Positions 47,091 to 56,594 of a DNA stretch of 64,000 nt are shown one piece after another. The DNA is from a virus, in the IMG/VR virus record IMGVR_UViG_3300036804_000088, positions 2,487-66,486 of that record; one strand, written 5' to 3'. Under the pieces are notes generated by a model. It made no database searches and was not told the origin of the DNA. It saw nothing but the letters and a program-made list of their open reading frames with translations. Every line of letters begins with the position of its first letter. The stretch's first letter is position 1. The position numbers were made by a program, and so were the translations under genes.

Positions 47091-47317
47091 GCAACAATGA
47101 AGGCGCATGGCTTTACGTGTCCACGCCAGAAGTCAGGGACAAAATTCCGCGCGATGCCTACATGGTCGGAGCAGACAGACCGTGGATAGAGTGCTTGCCT
47201 CGCTTCGGTCCCGATGGATATCTGGTGATTCCCGAACTGCCGTTCTATGCCTGGCACCCGACATTCTCCCACTGGAATGAGCGCGAAATTTACAGATTGT
47301 CAGGCGCAGACACATGA
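47087..47317 (+). CDS. Hypothetical protein
   Basis: GTGA and ATGA coupling. Confidence 0.45.
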   Translation: MSNNEGAWLYVSTPEVRDKIPRDAYMVGADRPWIECLPRFGPDGYLVIPELPFYAWHPTFSHWNEREIYRLSGADT

Positions 47318-47610
47318 GCACGGAATACACCTTCGCCCCAATGAACGACGCCCGCGCCGCCTGCATCGGCCACGCCCGCACCATGGACGGAACCACCTAC
47401 GAAGACGTCATCAACGCTCTATACCTGTGCGCCGACTGCCCCGTGCTCGTCGCCTGTCACCTGTGGGCGGTCGCGCACACCCGGCGCAGCAGCGGCGGCA
47501 CCCGCACCGCCAACCTAGCTGGCGTCATCGGCGGCAAAGTATACGGCGAACCGCACAAAAAATTCCGCCACCAACTACGCCGCCGCGCAACGAAAAGAGC
47601 AGCCGCATGA
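47314..47610 (+). CDS. whiB: WhiB family transcription factor
   Basis: AAC...CADCPV..AC..WA and GVIGG turn, followed by a basic tail. Confidence 0.75.
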   Translation: MSTEYTFAPMNDARAACIGHARTMDGTTYEDVINALYLCADCPVLVACHLWAVAHTRRSSGGTRTANLAGVIGGKVYGEPHKKFRHQLRRRATKRAAA

Positions 47611-48275
47611 CGCGCCGGCCGCTACTCCTTGATCTGTTCTGCGGGGCAGGCGGCGCAGCAATGGGATACCACCGTGCCGGCTTTCGGGTACTTGGCATCG
47701 ATATTGATCCGCAGCCGAATTACCCATTTCAGTTTATTCAGACCTGTGCGTTGAAAACCATCAAGATTATCGGACACCACGCCGACGCAATACACGCATC
47801 CCCACCCTGTCAGGCTTATTCCACCATGACTGCCGATCCTGGCCGGCATGCGCGCTTGATCCCCGTCGTTCGGGAATTAGTCCAACGATCTTCTGTCCCA
47901 TATGTGATCGAGAACGTCGAAGGCGCGCAACGTGAATTGATCAATCCAGTCAGATTATGTGGATCGTCGTTTGGGCTGGCAGTGCGCCGCCATCGGTACT
48001 TTGAGACAAGCGTAGCCATATTAGGCGTTCCTTGCTCCCACGCTTCGCAAGGCGTACCTGTCGGGGTTTACGGTGACCACCCTGAGCCTAATGAGTATCT
48101 GCGCCCCGGCAGCGGAACGCGCCGCGGCATCAAAGCAAAGAGCTTGGAGCACGCCCGCGAAGCAATGGGCATTGACTGGATGAAGTCTTACACCGAACTA
48201 GCCCAAGCCATCCCGCCCGCCTACACCGAGTACATCGGCGCTCAACTCCTCGACGCAGTCAGGAGCGCCGCATGA
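47607..48275 (+). CDS. DNA cytosine-C5 methyltransferase (short type)
   Basis: LDLFCGAGG, HASPPCQ, IENV, R.R.FE and AIPPAY motifs. Confidence 0.85.
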   Translation: MTRRPLLLDLFCGAGGAAMGYHRAGFRVLGIDIDPQPNYPFQFIQTCALKTIKIIGHHADAIHASPPCQAYSTMTADPGRHARLIPVVRELVQRSSVPYVIENVEGAQRELINPVRLCGSSFGLAVRRHRYFETSVAILGVPCSHASQGVPVGVYGDHPEPNEYLRPGSGTRRGIKAKSLEHAREAMGIDWMKSYTELAQAIPPAYTEYIGAQLLDAVRSAA

Positions 48276-48400
48276 TCCCCCGCTGGGTGCACGCCCTGCT
48301 ACTCGACATCTTCGAAGCCCTCATGGCCGCAACCAACTTCGACACAGCAGCCGACGACCTATGGCAACACCCCACCCCGCCGAAAGCGCCCGCCGCATGA
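48272..48400 (+). CDS. 42-aa hypothetical protein
   Basis: AGGAG RBS; ATGA overlaps at both ends. Confidence 0.45.
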   Translation: MIPRWVHALLLDIFEALMAATNFDTAADDLWQHPTPPKAPAA

Positions 48401-49257
48401 CCGCCAATGTGTCCGAGACATTCTTTGCGCCCAGCCCGCGTGACCCCGACCCGCTGCTCGCGGATCTCAAAACCATGGTCAAAAACCACGCCCACAGCCA
48501 TCCCCGGCACGCCCAAGTAGCGCTCGGCCCTTCACAAGTGGGGCATCCGTGCGCTAGGAATGTCATCACCGGTCTGCTGGCCGACGACAAGCACACCGTG
48601 AACCCGCAATTCGATGTGCTGCCATCCTATGTCGGTGTCGCTGCGCACCGCGCCATGCAAGACGCCGCCGACTACGACAACAAACAGCTAAAGCATTTCA
48701 ACGATGTGCCAGCCTTTGGAAAACCGCTGCCCCGCTGGCTGGCTGAACGGAAAGTGACCGTCCGCGAAGGCTTATCAGGAACCTGCGACCTCTACGACAC
48801 CTGGACCCACACCGTCATCGACTACAAATTCCCCGGCACCACAAAAATGGCTGAATACCGCAAACACGGCCCGACGCCGCTATACCGCACACAAGCCCAC
48901 CTATACGGACGCGGCTACCGCAACGAAGGCTACGACGTCAAACGAGTCGGCATCTGGTTCCTGCCCCGCGGCGGTCTGCTCTCAACCTCGCTGCTATGGA
49001 CCGAACCCTACAGCGACGACATCGTGGAAACCACACTCGCTAAACTGGATTCGCTCATCATCCTCATGGACGAACTAGACCTGGAACACCACCCCGAACG
49101 CCTCGCCGCCATCCCCACCACACCGTACGAATGCTCCTGGTGCCCCTACTTCGCCGCCAACCCGGCACGCCACCAAGACAACCCCTACGCCTGCCCCGGC
49201 GGACCCGACTTCCAGCCCACCATCACCAACCACAGCGGAATGACGGTACCCAAATGA
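48397..49257 (+). CDS. Cas4-like PD-(D/E)XK exonuclease
   Basis: LGPSQVGHPC, G...H, GTCDL..IDYK, Q...YG and C.WCP...C motifs. Confidence 0.8.
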   Translation: MTANVSETFFAPSPRDPDPLLADLKTMVKNHAHSHPRHAQVALGPSQVGHPCARNVITGLLADDKHTVNPQFDVLPSYVGVAAHRAMQDAADYDNKQLKHFNDVPAFGKPLPRWLAERKVTVREGLSGTCDLYDTWTHTVIDYKFPGTTKMAEYRKHGPTPLYRTQAHLYGRGYRNEGYDVKRVGIWFLPRGGLLSTSLLWTEPYSDDIVETTLAKLDSLIILMDELDLEHHPERLAAIPTTPYECSWCPYFAANPARHQDNPYACPGGPDFQPTITNHSGMTVPK

Positions 49258-49397
49258 CTGTCAGTTTCGCGCCGTGCCTATGCCGCTGCCCCCACTCCGC
49301 GCACTGGCTGCGCAAACAAAACGGCATCACCACCCACCCCTGCGAATGCGGCTGCCCCGACTACCGGCCCGACTACAGCAGGAGAACCCAAACATGA
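49254..49397 (+). CDS. Small Cys-rich protein
   Basis: CLC.C.H...H and CECGC; coupled. Confidence 0.45.
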   Translation: MTVSFAPCLCRCPHSAHWLRKQNGITTHPCECGCPDYRPDYSRRTQT

Positions 49398-49561
49398 ACT
49401 GGCACAAAATACTACAGGCAGCCCGCGCACTGGGAATCATCATCGGAATCTGCCTGCTGCCCTACCTAGGTTACATGTGGTGGAAAACAGCAGGGGAAGA
49501 CCCCTGCAACTACTACCCACACCCGCCATGCCACACACAACAGCTCAGGGACTACCGGTGA
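49394..49561 (+). CDS. Small membrane protein
   Basis: AGGAG RBS; one TM helix. Confidence 0.5.
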   Translation: MNWHKILQAARALGIIIGICLLPYLGYMWWKTAGEDPCNYYPHPPCHTQQLRDYR

Positions 49562-49983
49562 TCAAATCCACGCGGGACGCCCTGATACGCACCTACTACG
49601 ACATGTTCCCAGACGGCTGGTACATCTCCCTCTACGGCTACCCCATCCACCACCAGAAACGCTGGAACTGGCGCACATTCACACACACCTGGCACGTAGT
49701 GGTCGACTACAGCCAACGCATCGAACTCACCCGCCGCATGTGGACACCGATACGGCTGGAGGACGGCAGAATCATCCCCAAATTCGCCGAATTCACCTAC
49801 GACAAACTGCAATCCGGCATCTACGACCGCATCGCCCTGCACCCCAGCTACGGCGACACAGCCCCCGTCGACATGACACCCCTAGCCATGGACTGGCCGA
49901 TACGCATCAACGGCACACCACTATCCGACCCCGGCGACTCGATCCGCGTCCTGCTCGACGGATTCGGGAACTGGCTACGATGA
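49558..49983 (+). CDS. Hypothetical protein
   Basis: GTGA and ATGA coupling. Confidence 0.5.
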   Translation: MIKSTRDALIRTYYDMFPDGWYISLYGYPIHHQKRWNWRTFTHTWHVVVDYSQRIELTRRMWTPIRLEDGRIIPKFAEFTYDKLQSGIYDRIALHPSYGDTAPVDMTPLAMDWPIRINGTPLSDPGDSIRVLLDGFGNWLR

Positions 49984-50294
49984 AAATCACCGAGCCGCAG
50001 CAGATCATCGCCTACACCGACACCGGCGTCATGTTCCCCTGCGCCATCAACTTCGAATGCTGGCAAACCGCCCGCTTCCAAACCCCGCTCGGCATCACCC
50101 AAGAGCGGGTACGCAAATACCGGGTCGTCTGCGAAATCCCCTGGGAAAGAGTCAACGTCGTCCGATTCGACATCATCGGCTGGCCCGACGACGTCACATT
50201 CGCCTTCGACCTGCCCAACATGACCGAAGCCGAATCAAAGGCGTGGGCGCAGCGAATCCCCATGAACGAACTACCCTTTCAGGAGACCAAATGA
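49980..50294 (+). CDS. Hypothetical protein (MKITEPQ...)
   Basis: ATGA coupling. Confidence 0.5.
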   Translation: MKITEPQQIIAYTDTGVMFPCAINFECWQTARFQTPLGITQERVRKYRVVCEIPWERVNVVRFDIIGWPDDVTFAFDLPNMTEAESKAWAQRIPMNELPFQETK

Positions 50295-50440
50295 GCAAGC
50301 ACCGTCTGCGGGACGCCCGGCACCGCCGCGGGTGGCACTGCCACATCGGAAAAACCGGTGACCTCTTCCATGTCTGGGTCGGACAACTAACCATTAAACC
50401 CGGCCACTGGCTAACCGTCACACAGGAGACGCTGCTATGA
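50291..50440 (+). CDS. Small hypothetical protein
   Basis: AGGAG RBS. Confidence 0.45.
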   Translation: MSKHRLRDARHRRGWHCHIGKTGDLFHVWVGQLTIKPGHWLTVTQETLL

Positions 50441-50619
50441 GCGCGCGACTGTGCGACGACTGCGGCGAAAACATCAACATCCACATCCGCAACGGCAAAG
50501 CACTCTGCGCCATGTGCCGCCTAGAGCGCGCCGGCGTATCCAGCTACGCCACAGCACACCCCGACGACCAGCATTTCGCTGACACCGCTAAACGCCATGG
50601 CGGGCAACGCTTCCGATAA
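50437..50619 (+). CDS. Zinc-finger-like small protein
   Basis: CDDC and CAMC; AGGAG RBS. Confidence 0.5.
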   Translation: MSARLCDDCGENINIHIRNGKALCAMCRLERAGVSSYATAHPDDQHFADTAKRHGGQRFR

Positions 50620-50725
50620 CTCGGGCGCGGGGCCGCGCAAACCACACCAACTTACTTAGACAGGCTAGGAAAAAAGAGTACCTGCACCAAAAGGACAGCA
50701 GGACAACAGGAAAGAGAAACACACC

Positions 50726-51310
50726 ATGGATAACGCAAGCGCCGACTTTTTCGCAGGCGGCATCAAACCAGCACAATTCCCCCAATACGGAGCCACCGTC
50801 ACCGGGAAAATAACCGACATGACCCAATCCCAACAAACCGAACCCTCCAAAATCGCCGGCCAGCCCGGCAAACCCAAAACCTGGGACGACGGATCACCCG
50901 CCATGCAACTCGTCGTCACCCTCGCAACACAGGAACGCGACGACGAAGAGGACGACGGACTACGGCGCATCTACATCAAAGGGCAAATGAAAGCCGCCAT
51001 GCAAGCCGCCATCAAAGCAGTCGGAGCCAAACAACTCGACCTGGGCGGGACGGTCACCGTCACCTATACCCACGACGGTGAACGCACCAACCCCGCCTTC
51101 AGCCCGCCCAAACAGTACGCCGTGCAATACGTCCCACCCAACGCCAGCGCCGGATTCCTAGGTGCCGGAACCGGAACCGGCAACGGCACAGTCTCCGCCA
51201 TCGCCACCGCAGTGCAGCCCGCCGAACAAATCCCAGCAGGGCTGACACCCGAAATCTGGGCCACCATGTCACCCGAAGCGAAAGCGGCCCTAGCCGCCCT
51301 CAACAAATAA
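50726..51310 (+). CDS. Single-stranded DNA-binding-like protein
   Basis: F...G.TVTG.I, WDDG.P..QL.VTL.T, DDG.RR.YIKG and PKQY motifs of actinophage SSB-like proteins. Confidence 0.65.
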   Translation: MDNASADFFAGGIKPAQFPQYGATVTGKITDMTQSQQTEPSKIAGQPGKPKTWDDGSPAMQLVVTLATQERDDEEDDGLRRIYIKGQMKAAMQAAIKAVGAKQLDLGGTVTVTYTHDGERTNPAFSPPKQYAVQYVPPNASAGFLGAGTGTGNGTVSAIATAVQPAEQIPAGLTPEIWATMSPEAKAALAALNK

Positions 51311-51316
51311 GAGAAC

Positions 51317-51503
51317 GTGCCCCGCGTCCGTTAGAACAATCCACACTAATACGGGATCTAATCGCGGACGCGGGGCACCACCAAAGCCGGGAATCGGGCT
51401 GCGCCACAACTGAATAGGACTCCGTCTGATGAGTGGTGCTGAACCTGTGAGTCCAGACTGCCAGCACGGCTCCGCCGGCAGCCGAGAGCGCAACCCGATT
51501 CCC
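51317..51503 (+). ncRNA. Candidate structured RNA: two long stems plus an internal pseudoknot
   Basis: 14-bp perfect stem 51317-51330/51365-51378; 16-bp stem with one mismatch 51389-51404/51488-51503; crossing pairings GGACTC/GAGTCC and GTGCTG/CAGCAC. Confidence 0.45.
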
Positions 51504-51527
51504 CCCACCCGCCAAAAGGATCGACAC

Positions 51528-52136
51528 ATGTACCTACTCACCCTGGACGACATCGCCGAACACCACGGCACCGACAAATCCTGCATCGACCACAACTACT
51601 GCCCCATCTACGAAAAAACCTTCGGCCACCTACGCCACCACCCCGTCATGCTGATCGAACTCGGCGTATGGCAAGGCGCAAGCCTCAAAACGTGGGCCGA
51701 CTACTTCATCCACCCCGACCGGATCATCATCGGAATCGACCACAACCCCGACTGCTGGCAATCCGACCGGTCCGGCGTCTACACCTACATCTGCGACCAA
51801 ACCGACACCGACATACCCGCCGCAAAAATGCAGCCCGACATCATCATCGACGACGCCAGCCACATCAGCGCGAAAACCATCGCCTCATTCCAAGCATGGT
51901 TCCCGCTGCTGAAACCCGGCGGACACTACATCGTGGAAGACATCGTAACCTCCTACTACTACCGCGAAGATCTTGCCAGCCCGCATCTTTCGGCCATGAA
52001 CTACTTCAAATCATTAGCCGACTGCGTCAATAAATACGACGTCAACCTGTCCGGCACAGCCAAACTGTTATGGGACGTTGCCTCACTGGCCTTCCATCCC
52101 AACATGGTCATCATCGAAAAAGGTGGCGCACAATGA
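51528..52136 (+). CDS. Class I SAM-dependent O-methyltransferase (sugar/macrolide O-MT-like)
   Basis: HGTDK..HNY..Y, IELGV..GASL..W, DIIIDDASH and LKPGG.Y.VED motifs. Confidence 0.8.
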   Translation: MYLLTLDDIAEHHGTDKSCIDHNYCPIYEKTFGHLRHHPVMLIELGVWQGASLKTWADYFIHPDRIIIGIDHNPDCWQSDRSGVYTYICDQTDTDIPAAKMQPDIIIDDASHISAKTIASFQAWFPLLKPGGHYIVEDIVTSYYYREDLASPHLSAMNYFKSLADCVNKYDVNLSGTAKLLWDVASLAFHPNMVIIEKGGAQ

Positions 52137-52327
52137 AACCCGGCGTGATGGACCCCGCCCTATGGGAAGCCATCAAAGCGCTACAACCCACCAGCGGTGT
52201 GCGCGCCGCCATCAGCCAGCGCAAAACACACCCCTGCACCTGCACACCCGTCAAACACACCCGCAAGCACCATAAAAAGACAGGGCACTGCCGCCCCGGC
52301 TGCAACTGCCAAGCCAGAACCCGGTAA
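52133..52327 (+). CDS. Basic Cys/His-rich small protein
   Basis: ATGA coupling. Confidence 0.45.
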   Translation: MKPGVMDPALWEAIKALQPTSGVRAAISQRKTHPCTCTPVKHTRKHHKKTGHCRPGCNCQARTR

Positions 52328-54460
52328 ATGCTGATCCCCCGGCTGCCCGACGACGCTGAAAACCTCAGCGCCGCACTACTCTACGCGCAAGCCGGAATCT
52401 ACCTGCTACCCGTACAACCAGGCACCAAACACCCCGGCAGCCGGGTAGGCGACCAATGGCAAGACAAATCATCCACCGATCCCGACACCATCACCGCCTG
52501 GTACGCAGGCACCAGCGACGGCATCGCCTTCGACCTGGGCCGGTCTGGTCTCGTCGTCATCGACGTCGACAAACCCGACCTACTGCCCGACTGGCTGGCC
52601 ACCATGCTGCACCAGACAACCAACGCGCCGTATCAGTCCACCCGGCCAGACACCCCCAACCGCGGCCACCATGTCTTCGCCCAGCCGCCGGGACGACGCA
52701 TCGGCTGCGGACGCGGCCACCTGACCGGCATGGGCCTCGACGTCAAAGGCGCAGGCGGCGTCATCATCGCCCAACCCACCACCCACCCCGAAGGCGGACA
52801 ATACCAGTGGATCGGCATCGCACCAGCAGGCTCCGAAATCCCGGTACTACCCACACCGCTGGACGAAATGCTGCCCGACACCGACGAAGCCGAATCAGCG
52901 GTCACCGACGCCGAAGTCACCGCATTCAAAAACACCTACACCGGATCAGCACGGCCCAAGCTGATCGGCAACTGGGCACGCAAATTCCGCAACGAAACAG
53001 CCAAAGGAAACTCTCGGCACGACACCATGGTGTCCCTGCTCACCGCCGCGCTCGAAGAGGCCCGCGCCGGATACTATCCCGCCCGCGACGTCATCGACGT
53101 CCTGCAAGAGGCATTCATCCAATCCTTCATCAACACCAACGGGACCGGACGCCGCCTGTCCGAGACCCGCGCGGCAGCCGAATTCCGCGACATGCTGCCC
53201 TGGTCGATAGCCCAAGCCGTGCACACCCCGCTGGCCGACATCCGCGCGAAAACAGAACACAACACCGGAAACGACTTCTCGGGCCTGTGGACCCCGCCAC
53301 GCCTGTCCCTGGTGCCGCCACCCGCCCCAACCCCCGAAAACCCGTCAGCGGTCGCTACAGCCCCGGCAACACCCGTCAGCGGCCCCATCGTCAACGGCCA
53401 CAAACGGGTGCACCTGACGCTGCTGAAAGAACTACGATCCAACGTCCCAACCTGGGCGTGGGAATACGACGGGCGCGGACGAATCCAGCGCGGCACCATG
53501 GCCATCCTCGCCGGACGCCCCGGCGCAGGAAAATCCAATGCCGCCCGATGGTTCGCCGCTGGCTACTCCAACGGCACCATGGCAGGCTGCTGGCAGGGCC
53601 AGCCCGTCAACGTCGCCTACATCAGCCCCGGCGAAGAGTCCCACGCCTACGTCATCAAACCCGGCCTGGATGCCGCCGCCGCCGACCCGACACGCATCTG
53701 CTTCCCCGACATGCGCGACGACGAAGGCAACCCCACCAAACTGCTCGTCGCCGCGCACCGTGATTTCCTGATCGAAACGTTCACCGCTGCGCAGATCCGC
53801 GTCGTTGTCGTGGACCCCATCATGTCCACCATCCCCGGCGCGACCAACATCAACCAGAACAACGAAACACGGGTCCACGTCGAACCCTGGGCGCAGCTCG
53901 CCGAAGCCATAGACGGCATCGTGCTCGGCGTCTGCCACTTCACCAAATTTCCCGGCAACGATCTCGTCGCCGCCATCAACGGATCATCGGCGTTCGGCGA
54001 AGTCGCCCGCTCCATATTCGGATTCGTCCGCGAAAAGAAAACCGGCGTCCGCGTGTTCAGCCAAGTCAAAAACTCCACCGGCATCGAAGACTTATCATTG
54101 CGCTACGAAATCACCACCGTTCAAGTACCCACCGACCTGGGCGGAATCGCCGAAGCAGCCGCATTCACCATCACCGGGCGCAGCGAACTCACCGCCGGTG
54201 ACGTATTAGACGCCAACGCAGACGGGGAATACGAACTGGGCGGGCCGGGATTCGCCATGCAATGGCTTTCTGAATACCTGACAGAACAGGGGCAGGCACC
54301 CGCCAAACAAATCATGGGAAAAGCCAAAGCCGATCAGGACATATCCCGACCCACCCTGTACCGGGCCATGAAACAACTCGGAGTCGTGTCCTACCGCGAA
54401 GGCTTCCCGTGCACCGCCTACTGGCGGCTGCGCCAGCCGGGGGAGGGCTTCGACCTATGA
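52328..54460 (+). CDS. Bifunctional primase/polymerase fused to an AAA (RepA-like) helicase
   Basis: PGTKHP, VIDVD, STR...G.H and G.D.KG.GG Prim-Pol motifs; Walker A GRPGAGKS; Walker B VVVDP; GSSAF. Confidence 0.9.
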   Translation: MLIPRLPDDAENLSAALLYAQAGIYLLPVQPGTKHPGSRVGDQWQDKSSTDPDTITAWYAGTSDGIAFDLGRSGLVVIDVDKPDLLPDWLATMLHQTTNAPYQSTRPDTPNRGHHVFAQPPGRRIGCGRGHLTGMGLDVKGAGGVIIAQPTTHPEGGQYQWIGIAPAGSEIPVLPTPLDEMLPDTDEAESAVTDAEVTAFKNTYTGSARPKLIGNWARKFRNETAKGNSRHDTMVSLLTAALEEARAGYYPARDVIDVLQEAFIQSFINTNGTGRRLSETRAAAEFRDMLPWSIAQAVHTPLADIRAKTEHNTGNDFSGLWTPPRLSLVPPPAPTPENPSAVATAPATPVSGPIVNGHKRVHLTLLKELRSNVPTWAWEYDGRGRIQRGTMAILAGRPGAGKSNAARWFAAGYSNGTMAGCWQGQPVNVAYISPGEESHAYVIKPGLDAAAADPTRICFPDMRDDEGNPTKLLVAAHRDFLIETFTAAQIRVVVVDPIMSTIPGATNINQNNETRVHVEPWAQLAEAIDGIVLGVCHFTKFPGNDLVAAINGSSAFGEVARSIFGFVREKKTGVRVFSQVKNSTGIEDLSLRYEITTVQVPTDLGGIAEAAAFTITGRSELTAGDVLDANADGEYELGGPGFAMQWLSEYLTEQGQAPAKQIMGKAKADQDISRPTLYRAMKQLGVVSYREGFPCTAYWRLRQPGEGFDL

Positions 54461-54725
54461 GTTGTCTCAACGGTTGTCTCACAGTTGTCTCAGGCGATGA
54501 GACAACCGTCCTCGCGCGCGTAGAGAGAATGAGACAAGTGAGACAACTGTTTTTACCAGGCAATACACGTGAGACAACTGTGAGACAACTGAGTGAGACA
54601 ACTGCGGTTATCTCAGGCCAGATCGCTGCGGCTGCACGGTTGTCTCACTGTCTCAGCGTGTCCACGCGCGCGCAGGCGCGTGCACGCGCGCATGACACAC
54701 GCCTGCGCGCACGCGAGACACGTGT
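54460..54725. repeat. Cluster of (T)GAGACAAC direct and inverted iterons, putative replication origin
   Basis: Three GTTGTCTCA, five TGAGACAA(C), then further TGTCTCA copies and GCGC tracts, directly after the primase-helicase. Confidence 0.7.
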
Positions 54726-54752
54726 CAAGTTCACCTAGAGAGGGATCAAACG

Positions 54753-54977
54753 ATGGCTGATAACGAACGGCGCGACATCGATTTCACCGTTAATATGCCG
54801 GATCGCCTAGAGGACGTCACGCTGGCATGGCGGGAATTCCGCGGGCCACTACCCGAACCTGGCCCGCCCGTGCGATTCACCATCCGCCAACGAATCCGCA
54901 TCGCCAAATACAATCTCCGCTGCGCAATAGAGCAGTGGATACACGACCGTCTACACAATGCAAGGTGTGATAACTGA
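54753..54977 (+). CDS. Hypothetical protein
   Basis: GAGGG RBS. Confidence 0.5.
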   Translation: MADNERRDIDFTVNMPDRLEDVTLAWREFRGPLPEPGPPVRFTIRQRIRIAKYNLRCAIEQWIHDRLHNARCDN

Positions 54978-55636
54978 TGGTTCAATGCAACGACGCCGCG
55001 TTTGCGGGAATGACATGCCCGAACCCTAACGGCTGCGTAGGCGGGAAATGCGTGCGCCGGCAAGAGTATTTCGGATCGCTGCCCTCCTATTTACCGTGTC
55101 CCCGCTGTGGCGCACTTACCGACGTCCCGTGGCAGCCGGATATTCTCGGACCGCTTTGCTTTCGATGTGCTGCCACTCCGCGGCCTAATTGGTTCGCCAG
55201 AGCACGAATCGAATACGAACGCCGCGACTACCGGGCGGCACAAGCGGCGGCACTCATCGCCATCATGGAAATGGCGCGGCCCGCGCCGCAACACCTGATA
55301 TGCACCCGGCCCAAAAACGCCGTCTGCACAAAATGCGCGCGGCCAGTCCTTTACGCGGTCGTGCACGGCGAACACACCCGAATGGACCCCATCCATTTAT
55401 CGCTGCGCGGCGAAGCGATGGTACTACTCTCCGGTGCGTCCACTTACCAGACCGGCGACACCCGCGACGACGCGACCCGGTTGCGCACCGCCGAGATGAT
55501 CACCCGTGGGCTGCCGGCCGGCGCGTACATCCACCCCGGCCACCGCTGCGGAGCCGACTTCAACCACGACGGCTATACCGATGACCGCACCCCCACACTG
55601 CCGCTGCACTACAGCGGCGCGGCACCGCCATTCTGA
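54977..55636 (+). CDS. Cys-rich hypothetical protein
   Basis: Several CxxC motifs; C-terminal H.C...PPF typical of actinophage genes after primase. Confidence 0.55.
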   Translation: MVQCNDAAFAGMTCPNPNGCVGGKCVRRQEYFGSLPSYLPCPRCGALTDVPWQPDILGPLCFRCAATPRPNWFARARIEYERRDYRAAQAAALIAIMEMARPAPQHLICTRPKNAVCTKCARPVLYAVVHGEHTRMDPIHLSLRGEAMVLLSGASTYQTGDTRDDATRLRTAEMITRGLPAGAYIHPGHRCGADFNHDGYTDDRTPTLPLHYSGAAPPF

Positions 55637-55651
55637 GAGGACGAAAACACC

Positions 55652-56296
55652 GTGTCAGGCGCAACCACCCACGAAGGCGGCGAAAACCCGCCCACGGGCC
55701 TCTCAGCCCGTCCAGAGCCACGTTCTGAGTCCGACGTCATCGCCCGCATAGACGAACTCGTGGACGAACAACTGGACCGCGGCGTCTACGGCAGCTACGG
55801 CTACGGCTCCAAAGAGACATTCGAACCGTGCCCCGACTGCGGCCACGACTTTCACGGGCTGGGATGCCTGCGCTACACCGATGGGCTGTGCTGCGACTGC
55901 GGGCACACCGAAAAAATCTACGTCGACCAAGTCAGCGGCACGTCGCTGTCATGGACACACACACCCGTCGACGGCACCGCCGCGATAGTTTCAGCGCCCT
56001 GCGGTACCGCGATAGTCACCGCATACCTGCGAAACGGGGCGCTATGCGTTCTGGAAAACGGCGTAGCCGTCGACCTTTTCGACGCTTTCACCAGATTTCG
56101 GGACATGATGATCAGGGTTGTCGAAATCCTGTTTCCAGGGTTAGGGGAAATGATCCATGGCGAAGACTGCTACACGGGTCTGCAAAGACTGCTCAGGGGA
56201 AGGGATTACGACGAAACGCCCGGCACCCCACCCCGGCCCGCGATGCACGACCCATCACCGCCGGAAACGCAGACAAACCAGCAGCCGGGCGCATGA
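55652..56296 (+). CDS. Hypothetical protein
   Basis: GAGGA RBS; DVI.RIDELVDEQL...CP.CG...HG motif. Overlaps Endo VII by 140 nt. Confidence 0.5.
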   Translation: MSGATTHEGGENPPTGLSARPEPRSESDVIARIDELVDEQLDRGVYGSYGYGSKETFEPCPDCGHDFHGLGCLRYTDGLCCDCGHTEKIYVDQVSGTSLSWTHTPVDGTAAIVSAPCGTAIVTAYLRNGALCVLENGVAVDLFDAFTRFRDMMIRVVEILFPGLGEMIHGEDCYTGLQRLLRGRDYDETPGTPPRPAMHDPSPPETQTNQQPGA

Positions 56297-56594
56297 ATTG
56301 CGCACCGAAAAAACCTACGGCATCACCGGTGTCGAATACTGGACGATCTACCTCATCCAAGACGAGCGTTGCCCAATCTGCCGACGCGCCACCGGCAAAA
56401 CGAAACGACTCTCCGTCGACCACGACCACCGAAAATGCGACAACCATCCGCCGGACATGGGCTGCCGCAACTGTATCCGCGGACTGCTCTGCGACCCCTG
56501 CAACCAGCTCGTCGGATACTACGACATCGACGCCCTGCTGCGTGCTGTCGAATACAAACGCAATCCGCCCGCGCAAAAGGTACTCAACCCGTGA
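56157..56594 (+). CDS. Endonuclease VII-type resolvase/HNH
   Basis: YGIT..EY...Q...CPIC, LSVDHDH and IRGLLC..CN motifs. Confidence 0.85.
   Translation: MAKTATRVCKDCSGEGITTKRPAPHPGPRCTTHHRRKRRQTSSRAHELRTEKTYGITGVEYWTIYLIQDERCPICRRATGKTKRLSVDHDHRKCDNHPPDMGCRNCIRGLLCDPCNQLVGYYDIDALLRAVEYKRNPPAQKVLNP

Noticed and set aside
48397-49257. Cas4 as part of a CRISPR-Cas system
   Set aside because: It is a solo phage exonuclease beside SSB and replication genes, with no other cas genes or array.
51426-51490. Hammerhead ribozyme (CTGATGAG core)
   Set aside because: The stem after CTGATGA is followed by CGCC rather than GAAA, and no stem I or NUH geometry fits.
52456-53763. Long Arg/His/Pro-rich alternative-frame ORFs (also 55828-57204, 36482-37288, 578-1555)
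   Set aside because: These are shadow ORFs of high-GC coding sequence overlapping well-supported genes.
54409-54738. 109-aa ORF over the GAGACAAC repeats
   Set aside because: The low-complexity translation is driven by DNA repeats in both orientations and is better explained as an origin.
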